Below, piece by piece: positions 56,637 through 64,000 of a stretch of 64,000 bases of DNA. The translations under genes and the position numbers were made by a program. Each line of letters opens with the position of its first letter. Within the stretch, counting starts at the first letter, position 1. Source of the stretch: an uncultured Gammaproteobacteria bacterium (GTDB taxonomy: Bacteria; Patescibacteriota; Microgenomatia; CAZETR01; Amesbacteraceae). The notes beneath the pieces were generated by a model that ran no database searches, was not told the origin of the DNA, and saw nothing but the letters and a program-made list of their open reading frames with translations. The DNA lies in NCBI GenBank assembly GCA_964543035.1, contig CAZIVL010000001.1, positions 122,000 through 185,999 of the forward strand, written 5' to 3'.

Positions 56637-57710
56637 TCAATAGGAAACTGACGTAAATTGTACTGGTGAATAAAGCCTTGAAGACTGAGGCGCCGAAATT
56701 GGAGGGGTCTGCATACAAGCATTAGTACATGCTCCACTTGGGTCAACACAAGCCATAACAGCATCTTCTCCCATGTCATGAAACTCGATAGCCTGTACTG
56801 GAGCTATTGTCAAACCACCCAAAATTGCCACGGACAGTATACTTATAACTACATTTCTTATTGAGAGGCACGGTGAAAATATTGTCTTTTTAGTAATGGT
56901 CCGGATACGAGTTTCTAATGTCTGAGCATCCATAAAACTTGGTACTATGGCTAAAGCCGGATAGAGATCATAATGCAGAAGTTTTGAAAGAACTGATCGG
57001 ACATGCTCCTTTCCATCATCCATAGCTGTAATTGCCGCATTATCAGCTTTAATTTCTCTTTGTGTTCTATACATTGCTATCAAATCCGTAAGAAGTGGGA
57101 AAAAAGGAAATAATGATTGAGTGAATACTGCAAATAGCATGATTAACGTATCATGATGCTCTAAATGATATTTTTCGTGTCGCAATACTGCTTCTATTTC
57201 ATCCGAAGTTGTAATTGCGAGCATTTGAGTAGAGATGTAGATTTTTGGCCTGGTAAATCCGAAACAAAAAGCGCCCACCTGTTCATCTTGTATAACCCGA
57301 ATTTTATTAACAAGGTGTAATTTTTTCGCAAGCGGCAGAATACTATCTTTCTCTACGATCTTTTCTTCAAGCGACTTATGTTGCTGAAAAACTCTCAGTA
57401 CTGTTAAAAAAACTTTTACTATTATATAGAGAGTCAAAGCAGCAAAACCCCACATCATAAAAAACTTAATATTCAAGCGTATTGGTTGCATCAAGACAGA
57501 CTGAAGCATTTCTCGGCAGTAATAGACAGTATTATGCAGAAGAAATGGAATGTATTTAGCACAAGCATTATATAGGAGTGTTCCTAACACAACAAAAATC
57601 CCTAAAAAAAACCACGCGTAGCTATTTATCTTTGTCATATATTTGTTCTTGTAAAAGTTTAAGAAAATACTCTTTTTTCTCTTTTGGCAAACGTTCGATG
57701 GATTGAGCAA
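56637..57710 (-). CDS. BlaR1/MecR1-type M56 zinc metallopeptidase with a Cys-rich C-terminal tail instead of a beta-lactam sensor (start probably the internal Met near 57638)
   Basis: Four TM helices, HEKYH(LEHHD) zincin motif, and a C-terminal TM helix plus ACVDPSGACTNACMQ. Confidence 0.65.
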   Translation of the reverse strand: MLNPSNVCQKRKKSIFLNFYKNKYMTKINSYAWFFLGIFVVLGTLLYNACAKYIPFLLHNTVYYCREMLQSVLMQPIRLNIKFFMMWGFAALTLYIIVKVFLTVLRVFQQHKSLEEKIVEKDSILPLAKKLHLVNKIRVIQDEQVGAFCFGFTRPKIYISTQMLAITTSDEIEAVLRHEKYHLEHHDTLIMLFAVFTQSLFPFFPLLTDLIAMYRTQREIKADNAAITAMDDGKEHVRSVLSKLLHYDLYPALAIVPSFMDAQTLETRIRTITKKTIFSPCLSIRNVVISILSVAILGGLTIAPVQAIEFHDMGEDAVMACVDPSGACTNACMQTPPISAPQSSRLYSPVQFTSVSY

Positions 57711-58044
57711 AAGAAGCTAGGGCAGCATCGCCAAATGTTCCGAAGAATTTATCTAAAAGATTCCTCGCCATTTTTTGGCTAAATTCCTCTTTAGTTTGTT
57801 TTGGGGCAAAGACGACGGTAAAAGCCGAGGCATCTTTTTCAACTAACCCTTTTTCATGCAACCTTTCTAAAATCGTGGCAATCGTCGTATACGCAAGAGT
57901 CTTTGTTTTATTCGTCTCATCGGCCACTTCCCTAATGGTGCATTCACCCAATGCCCAGACAACATTCATCGTTTCCTGCTCTAGGTCGCTCAAGTTTTTC
58001 TGTGCCATACTACGTATTGTAGAAGGTTGAATGAAAAAAGACAA
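57622..58044 (-). CDS. BlaI/MecI/CopY-family winged-helix repressor
   Basis: TIATILERLHEKGLV penicillinase-repressor signature; precedes the M56 peptidase. Confidence 0.7.
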   Translation of the reverse strand: MSFFIQPSTIRSMAQKNLSDLEQETMNVVWALGECTIREVADETNKTKTLAYTTIATILERLHEKGLVEKDASAFTVVFAPKQTKEEFSQKMARNLLDKFFGTFGDAALASFAQSIERLPKEKKEYFLKLLQEQIYDKDK

Positions 58045-58060
58045 CCCAACGCATTATTCT

Positions 58061-58970
58061 CCGTAGAAATCCGGCATTGGGCATACAATTATGGAAATGC
58101 TCAATGCTACAAAGATTGTTCTTGCCTGGGAGTTGTATGAGTCTGGTATTTGTAAGGTGGATGTAGCCAAAAGGTTGGAGGTAAATCGAGATACGGTTCG
58201 AGTTTGGATTCAGGGAGTCCAAAAACATAGCCTCAACACATTTCTTGATTTGTATGCCTCTGCAAAAAAGGGTTCAAGACCCAAACGCCAGATTGATCCA
58301 ATTCTCAAACGGTGGGTTTGGGATATTCGTGAACGGGAGTTGGACTGCTGTGGTCAAAAGATAAACTACTTTCTGGAAAAAGAACGTGGGGTAAGTGTGT
58401 CCATTCCCAAGATTTACGAGATACTCGCTGAAAAGTATCAAATAAAAAGTAAATGGAAAAAGAATCAGGCTCTAGGACCGGTACCAGAGGCCCAAAAGGC
58501 ACGTGAGGTCATCCAGATGGACTCCATAGACTTTGGCGGGATATTTGCATTTACTGCGGTGGATATATTTTCTCGCGAAGCTGATGTCTTGTTACGACCA
58601 TCGTTAACTAGTCATGACGGACTAGTTTTCTTGGAAACGTGTATGCCTCGGAGATTTGATGGCCACAGCAAGTTAATCCAATCTGATGGCGGACCCGAAT
58701 TCAAAGATGAATTCAAAGAAAACGTTGGACAATATACCGATAGATACCGAATTTCTGCTGCATACAAAAAGAACGAGCAGGCATATATTGAGTCGTTTAA
58801 TAGAACAGTTAGAAAAGAATGTTTAGGTTGGAGTAAATACCACCCTGATCAAATCACCCAGCTTAACTACCTGGTAAACACTTTCCTTGAGCGGTATCAT
58901 TACCACAGGCCACATTTAGGTCTAGGATTAAGACCACCGCTTACCAAGTCCTAGTGCCGGATATTTACGG
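58061..58970 (+). mobile_element. IS481-like insertion sequence (single transposase, imperfect roughly 17-bp terminal inverted repeats)
   Basis: Left end CCGTAGAAATCCGGCAT versus reverse complement of right end CCGTAAATATCCGGCAC (14/17 match), bracketing the transposase ORF. Confidence 0.55.
58091..58954 (+). CDS. DDE transposase (rve integrase core, IS481-like) with N-terminal HTH
   Basis: DDE residues in QMDSID, QSDGGPEF and IESFNRT contexts. Confidence 0.8.
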   Translation: MEMLNATKIVLAWELYESGICKVDVAKRLEVNRDTVRVWIQGVQKHSLNTFLDLYASAKKGSRPKRQIDPILKRWVWDIRERELDCCGQKINYFLEKERGVSVSIPKIYEILAEKYQIKSKWKKNQALGPVPEAQKAREVIQMDSIDFGGIFAFTAVDIFSREADVLLRPSLTSHDGLVFLETCMPRRFDGHSKLIQSDGGPEFKDEFKENVGQYTDRYRISAAYKKNEQAYIESFNRTVRKECLGWSKYHPDQITQLNYLVNTFLERYHYHRPHLGLGLRPPLTKS

Positions 58971-58985
58971 AAACATATCGTTTAA

Positions 58986-59222
58986 CTAAAATTCTACAGC
59001 GTATCTCGGACTAAAACTGAAATTGGTAAGGCTAGCTGATTCGATTTTGTCACAAATAAATTGTTTTATAGACTGTCTTCCAGATTTACCGCCACTGGTA
59101 TCATATCCCCAGAAGTACTCCATACCTACACCATTTTTTCTCACATAATATTTCATGGAGTAAGGTTCAACCAATCGATCATAACCATCGTATGACAATT
59201 CCAGCACCTTTTGTGACTCCAT
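58986..59222 (-). CDS. Doubtful small ORF (possible gene fragment); 5' end overlaps the tRNA-Glu
   Basis: ORF only; overlaps the tRNA 3' end by 9 nt. Confidence 0.2.
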   Translation of the reverse strand: MESQKVLELSYDGYDRLVEPYSMKYYVRKNGVGMEYFWGYDTSGGKSGRQSIKQFICDKIESASLTNFSFSPRYAVEF

Positions 59223-59286
59223 CCGGATTCGAACCGGAGTTCTCAGAATGAGAATCTGATGTCCTGGGCCTCTAGACGATGGAGCC
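59214..59286 (-). tRNA. tRNA-Glu (anticodon CUC)
   Basis: Manual fold: acceptor GGCTCCA/TGGAGTC, D-loop TCTAGAGGCCCAGGAC (a hallmark of tRNA-Glu), anticodon stem TCAGA/TCTGA with loop TTCTCAT, T-arm TCCGG-TTCGAAT-CCGGA. CCA is not encoded. The 3' end faces the island. Confidence 0.75.
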
Positions 59287-59451
59287 AGACCTAAATTCTG
59301 AGGCTAATTATACACTTTACTCACCCTCCCCACATTGACAAAATGGCCTCCAGAGAGTACAATCTACAGAGTTCAGTCACTCCGCAAGTGCGGAGTTTAT
59401 TTTTTCTTCAAGGGTGCTAAAACACCAGAAAACTAAAAAAATCACCAAAAT

Positions 59452-59913
59452 ATGATGAATAGTCCAGTTTTATTGACCCAGTCAGGCCTTGATCACCTCA
59501 AGGCCGAATTGACGGATCTCCAAGAGACAAAAAGACCCGCACTTGTCGCCCGTCTTTCTCTGGCTCGCTCCATGGGCGATCTGTCCGAAAACAGTGACTA
59601 TACTAGTGCAAAAGAAGAGCTGGCTTTTATGGACGGCAGGATCGAAGAGCTCGAGGATCTCACCCGTCATGCCCAGATCATGACCCCCAAAGGTGGCGAC
59701 TCCATAGATCTCGGTCACAAAGTCACAGTAAAAGTGGGAGAAAACCAAGCCACCTTTCATATAGTAGGCGAATGGGAAGCCAATCCAGCCGAAAAAAAGA
59801 TTTCCAACGAGTCTCCTTTGGGAGTAGCCCTCTTGGGCAAAAAAGTCGGGGAAAAAGTCGAAGTCGAGGCCCCAGCTGGAAAACTAGTTTACACAGTTGT
59901 TGGTATAGCTTAA
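59452..59913 (+). CDS. greA: Transcription elongation factor GreA
   Basis: N-terminal coiled-coil region with the conserved acidic tip (SENSDY) and a C-terminal FKBP-like domain. Confidence 0.85.
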   Translation: MMNSPVLLTQSGLDHLKAELTDLQETKRPALVARLSLARSMGDLSENSDYTSAKEELAFMDGRIEELEDLTRHAQIMTPKGGDSIDLGHKVTVKVGENQATFHIVGEWEANPAEKKISNESPLGVALLGKKVGEKVEVEAPAGKLVYTVVGIA

Positions 59914-59917
59914 TCCT

Positions 59918-59945
59918 GTCATCCTGAACGAAGTGAAGGATCCAG
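59918..59945 (+). promoter_or_regulatory. Conserved 28-nt motif (copy 4) followed by extended -10 TGATATAAT (59946-59954)
   Basis: GTCATCCTGAACGAAGTGAAGGATCCAG, nearly identical to copy 2. Confidence 0.45.
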
Positions 59946-60051
59946 TGATATAATATATTCATCATGCACAACTCAGTTAATTCCAAGAAGCACATCACTC
60001 TCTAACGCGGGAGCGATTTGTTTTGCTAACAACTCCCGCAAGGGAGTTTTT

Positions 60052-60882
60052 TTGTTGCATATGTCGCCAGAAAGGCATCTAGACCAAGAAAAAGTCGAAC
60101 GAGTCAAAAGAGCTCGGCGTTTATTATTGCCCAGGGATCTTGGACGTCTGGATTTGGATTACATGGCGGTTCAGATATCCAGACAAATCGCAGCCTACAA
60201 TTCCGATCATCCGTACGAAATGTTACCCAAAACCCCAGATATCATCACTCGTCAATTCCTTGATGGTAATTCAATTATTATTGCCGAACCCGATTCTACT
60301 GTTCTGTATCACGGAACTTATTACCCAAATTTTGAGAACGATGAGGATCAAATTTTGCGATTCCAAGTAGTCGAGCTCGGAACTGCCATCGCCCACCCCG
60401 AGTTCAGAAATGGCTACGGTCTAGGAGTGGAAGGTAGTGTTTTAAGGCTCAAAAAAGCTCGTCAGACCTGGCGCCACGTGATCGCTCTTTCTACCAACAA
60501 ACAAGTACTCACCACCCATGTACTGCATAGAGCCGGTATGCAAGCAGCTAGTTTCTGGGACTATCCCTATTTGTCATATCTGACCTGTACTTGTGAAAAT
60601 TCATCTGAAGCTTGTGGCTTCGAAAGCTGTATTTTTAGAAGATCTCCCCAAGAAAGCTCTCGCAGATCTCTGGATCTTATATACCGATCCCCACTCGGGA
60701 AAATGCCATGCACCTTGGTATTGTCAGATTTAAGAGCTGCCCGAGAATTTGAAAACATCTGTCGAGAAGTCGATAGTAAACTTGGTAACAAGCCGCTAGA
60801 AACAGGAAAAATCTCAAGAGAAAGTATGCAACATTCGGCCCAGTTCTTCTCTCGAGTTAAAATTTTATCTTCATTAAGATGA
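60052..60882 (+). CDS. Hypothetical protein, possibly GNAT-like acetyltransferase
   Basis: FRNGYGLG resembles the GNAT motif A; the rest is unrecognised. Confidence 0.35.
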   Translation: MLHMSPERHLDQEKVERVKRARRLLLPRDLGRLDLDYMAVQISRQIAAYNSDHPYEMLPKTPDIITRQFLDGNSIIIAEPDSTVLYHGTYYPNFENDEDQILRFQVVELGTAIAHPEFRNGYGLGVEGSVLRLKKARQTWRHVIALSTNKQVLTTHVLHRAGMQAASFWDYPYLSYLTCTCENSSEACGFESCIFRRSPQESSRRSLDLIYRSPLGKMPCTLVLSDLRAAREFENICREVDSKLGNKPLETGKISRESMQHSAQFFSRVKILSSLR

Positions 60883-61898
60883 GTACAACTCGCCTTATTA
60901 GTACATTTTGTGATTTAGTCCGGATCGACAGTCCATCGGGGCAAGAATCTGAAGTTGTCAAATTCATTTCAGAGGAGTTAAAAGAGTTAGGGATAAATTC
61001 AGAATCGGATGCGACTGGCAATTTGTTTGCTAGAGTTCCAGGAGTTGGTGACACAGTATTGTTATGTGCTCACATGGACACAGTAGAACCAGGAAAAAAC
61101 ATTCAGCCCAAAATCCATGACGACCATATAACCAGTTCAGGAGATACTATTCTTGGGGCAGACAACAAAGCCTGGATAGCAGCTATTATAGAAGCATTAA
61201 AGTCGACTCCGAAAAAAAAGACAAGGTCTTTGGAACTATTATTTACCACCCGCGAGGAGACCGATGGAGGAGTCAAAGAGTTTGACTGCCAGAAATTATC
61301 TGCAAAGACAGGCCTCATTGCCGACAGGGCAGCCCCAATTGGAACAATTGTCCTGTCATCGCCTTGGGTCACCGACCTTGTCTTTGAGTTTAGGGGAACG
61401 GCGACCCACGCGGCAGTTCCTGAAAAAGGGGTCAATGCTCTCACCAAATCGCTTTCAATATTATCGACCATTCCAGTAGGTCGCGTTGATTCAGATACGA
61501 CTATCAACATTGGGACAATCTCTGGTGGCACTGGAACAAATACTGTTCCAGATTTAGTAGTTGCCAGGGGTGAGATCCGTAGTTTTTCTAGAGAGTCTCA
61601 GGATACCTGGCTCAAAAAAATAAATCCCACTTCATCTCATCTCTATTGTCCAGGTTATACACATTTCACTTCCGATGCTTTTGTCAAAGATATTGTCAGA
61701 TTACATACACATCTCGGTATCAAGACCGATTTAGTCACTGCCCTCGGTGCCAGTGATGCCAATTTTCTAAATTCACAGGGGATTAAGGTCATAAACATAG
61801 GTTACGGTGCCGAAAACACTCATACAATCAGTGAGCGGATTGCAGTCAGTAGTTTAGAGAAACTATGCTCGCTTTTAGTTAAATATATTGTCTGTTAA
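60879..61898 (+). CDS. M20-family metallopeptidase (PepT/M42-like)
   Basis: LCAHMDTV and GADNKAW metal-ligand motifs. Confidence 0.65.
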   Translation: MSTTRLISTFCDLVRIDSPSGQESEVVKFISEELKELGINSESDATGNLFARVPGVGDTVLLCAHMDTVEPGKNIQPKIHDDHITSSGDTILGADNKAWIAAIIEALKSTPKKKTRSLELLFTTREETDGGVKEFDCQKLSAKTGLIADRAAPIGTIVLSSPWVTDLVFEFRGTATHAAVPEKGVNALTKSLSILSTIPVGRVDSDTTINIGTISGGTGTNTVPDLVVARGEIRSFSRESQDTWLKKINPTSSHLYCPGYTHFTSDAFVKDIVRLHTHLGIKTDLVTALGASDANFLNSQGIKVINIGYGAENTHTISERIAVSSLEKLCSLLVKYIVC

Positions 61899-63789
61899 AC
61901 TTATGGCCAATACTATGTCACAATCCCGGCTTTCAGAGATTAGGAATATCAGGTTGGATAGACTAAAAAAGCTTCGTGATCTGGGCATCGATCCATACCC
62001 TTCCAAACCATCTCAAGATTTCATCTCCACAGGAGGGGCCAGAAGACTCGAAGGTGAAAGTGTTTTTGTCGTCGGCCGGCTTAGATCATTTCGCGAGCAC
62101 GGCAATGTCATCTTTGCCGATCTAAGAGACGCCTCAGGTCAGATCCAACTCTTGTTCCAAAAGAAAACTCTCGAAGACAAATTTAAGGTTTTGAAACTCA
62201 TCGACTCAGGCGATTTCCTAGGTGCTGGAGGGACAGTCACGACGACTCAGTCGGGTGAGATCACCGTCGACGTCTCCCACTTTGAGCTGCTGGGCAAATC
62301 TCTTCGCCCTTTACCAGACGAGCTGTCAGACACCGAGGAGCGCTACCGTAAACGGTATCTAGATCTTCTTCTCGATCCCAGCGTTCGGACTCGTTTTGAT
62401 GCGAAGACAAAAATTTACAAAGAGACCAGAAATTATCTCGATTCTCTAGGTTTTTTTGAAGTCGAGACTCCCGTATTTCATCCATTATACGGCGGGGCCA
62501 ATGCCAAGCCATTTATTTCCCACATGAATGCCCTAGATCGTGACTACTATCTGCGCATTGCTTTTGAGCTGTATCTAAAAAGATTAGTAGTCGGCGGTTA
62601 CGACAAAGTGTATGAGATTGGAAGAGACTTTAGAAACGAAGGTATAGATCAAACTCACAATCCCGAGTTCACCATGCTTGAGTGGTACGAAGCCTATGCC
62701 GATTATCACCGGATCATGGATGTCACCGAAGGTTTGTTCAAGCATTTGGCTGGCGCCTTGTATGGTACGACCAAAATAAATGTTGGAGATCACGCCATCG
62801 ATATCGGCGTCAGCTGGCCCCGGATCCCCATGCAGACTCTGATCAAAGAAAAACTAGACTTGGATACAGATTCAAAAACCACAGAAGAGCTAGCTGCATA
62901 CTGCAAAAAAAATAATATTGCCTTAATTGGTGGGGAGACCAAGGGTCAGATTATTTTCCAGATTTTCGATGACCAGATCGCCGGGACTTTGATCCAGCCT
63001 ACTTTTGTCATCGATTATCCGGCGGATATCAGTCCCTTGTCCAAGCCACATTCAGATCGTCCTGACTGGGTCCAGAGGTTTGAAGGTTACATCGGAGGCA
63101 AAGAGATTGTCGATGGTTGGTCCGAGCTGACCGATCCCGAGATTCAAAGACAGCGCTTCGAGTTTGATGTCCAGGCGGTTCGAAAGGACAAAGAGGAGAT
63201 TCAGCAGACCGACGAAGACTTTTTGGAAGCTATGGAATATGGCATGCCTCCCATGGGCGGCATCGGCATTGGTATGGACAGGATTACCATGTTTTTTACC
63301 AATACCTGGACCTTCAAAGAGATATTACTATTCCCCACACTGAGGCCTGACAATGATGTGACTCCAAAGCAAGACTTCGATCGCAAATTAGTTGTGGTCA
63401 TTGATCCATCACTCCCCGCCTGGCAGATTATGAATACGTCCGCCCATATTTCCGCGTTTTTGGGCAACAAGATGACCACCAAATTTGATACTGGAAAGTA
63501 CTTTACGACCAAAGATGGTAAGAACCTGCCTCGCAATACTCAGTACCCGATAGTTACATTATCTGCGACTCAGTCTCAGCTGGCAGAATTGATATCGGAA
63601 GTCCGAAAGACAAATCTTTTGCACATAGGCTACGTCCCAGAGATGATGGAGACCACGGATGACAAAAAATTGGTCCAAATGTTGGGAGCCAAATCGAGTG
63701 ATGAAGTGACTTATGCCGGAGTTGGCATCTTTGGGCTGAAAAAAGAGGTGGATCTTCTGACCAAAAAATTCACTTTGTGGGGAAAATAA
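61888..63789 (+). CDS. lysS: Class II lysyl-tRNA synthetase with a roughly 135-aa C-terminal extension
   Basis: OB anticodon-binding domain, motif 2 (FRNEG) and motif 3 (GIGIGMDRITMFFT). The chain continues about 135 aa past the usual end (...FPTLRP). Confidence 0.85.
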   Translation: MSVKLMANTMSQSRLSEIRNIRLDRLKKLRDLGIDPYPSKPSQDFISTGGARRLEGESVFVVGRLRSFREHGNVIFADLRDASGQIQLLFQKKTLEDKFKVLKLIDSGDFLGAGGTVTTTQSGEITVDVSHFELLGKSLRPLPDELSDTEERYRKRYLDLLLDPSVRTRFDAKTKIYKETRNYLDSLGFFEVETPVFHPLYGGANAKPFISHMNALDRDYYLRIAFELYLKRLVVGGYDKVYEIGRDFRNEGIDQTHNPEFTMLEWYEAYADYHRIMDVTEGLFKHLAGALYGTTKINVGDHAIDIGVSWPRIPMQTLIKEKLDLDTDSKTTEELAAYCKKNNIALIGGETKGQIIFQIFDDQIAGTLIQPTFVIDYPADISPLSKPHSDRPDWVQRFEGYIGGKEIVDGWSELTDPEIQRQRFEFDVQAVRKDKEEIQQTDEDFLEAMEYGMPPMGGIGIGMDRITMFFTNTWTFKEILLFPTLRPDNDVTPKQDFDRKLVVVIDPSLPAWQIMNTSAHISAFLGNKMTTKFDTGKYFTTKDGKNLPRNTQYPIVTLSATQSQLAELISEVRKTNLLHIGYVPEMMETTDDKKLVQMLGAKSSDEVTYAGVGIFGLKKEVDLLTKKFTLWGK

Positions 63790-64000
63790 TCTCCTTGACT
63801 TCGGGTAATGCTGAGCAATGAACTTGTGACAAAATGTCACGCCATGGGTTGATTGACTAAATAATCAGTTGTCCGAAAAAATCGTACAACTGACCTATCT
63901 GTCCTAAAAGTCCTATCTGACTTATAATTCCCCCATGCTAACTCGCGATGCCGCTCTCGATCTTCTCAACACTCATATCCATAACCAAAATTTGCGCAGG

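Noticed and set aside
58986-59222. 78-aa ORF adjacent to the IS
   Set aside because: It overlaps the 3' end of tRNA-Glu and has no recognisable motif; kept only as a low-confidence possible remnant.

Overview
This 64-kb bacterial window divides into a housekeeping backbone (about 1-22,200 and 59,300-64,000) and a single-orientation insert of about 36.5 kb (about 22,770-59,290). The backbone is higher-GC and mixed-strand. It encodes archaeal-type AspRS (5' partial), a D-Ala-D-Ala carboxypeptidase, GluRS, a DEDDy 3'-5' exonuclease, a stomatin-like SPFH protein, NUDIX, dUTPase, an inositol monophosphatase, tRNA-Gln, a YrdD-like triple zinc-ribbon protein, a CaCA exchanger, YibE/F, a zur-znuACB zinc-uptake operon, an L,D-transpeptidase, Lon, GreA, an M20 peptidase and LysRS. 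The insert is visibly lower in GC and AT-rich in codon choice. Every gene in it is on the minus strand except one IS transposase. It is bounded on the right by an IS481-like element and a tRNA-Glu whose 3' end faces the insert, which is the classic arrangement for a genomic island. The island is devoted to metal and thiol-redox homeostasis of the cell envelope. It carries three Cu-type P1B ATPases (one with an atypical CPD transmembrane motif and an upstream YHS mini-ORF), a Zn/Cd-type P1B ATPase with a DKTRT phosphorylation motif, and two CopZ-like HMA chaperones. It also carries two paralogous HMA/DsbD_2/cupredoxin-like membrane modules, three DsbA-like thioredoxins, a CcdA-like Cys-Cys membrane protein, a CsoR/CstR-family repressor and a BlaI/M56-peptidase pair with a Cys-rich tail. 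Two CusRS-like two-component systems are each followed by a tiny CPLLH-motif membrane protein. The remaining island genes include a cysteine desulfurase and a cytochrome b5-domain protein. Its most distinctive module is an operon of a CDF cation-efflux domain fused to an SPFH/band-7 domain, HflC-like and HflK-like paralogs, and a PpiD/SurA-like membrane chaperone. I also found several short conserved DNA motifs: a 28-nt promoter-like element present four times in the backbone, a 16-nt element upstream of three island operons, and AT-rich palindromes at the zur promoter. All calls rest on motif reading of the supplied translations and DNA; no database searches were run. Features are ordered by coordinate with short regulatory elements interleaved among genes.
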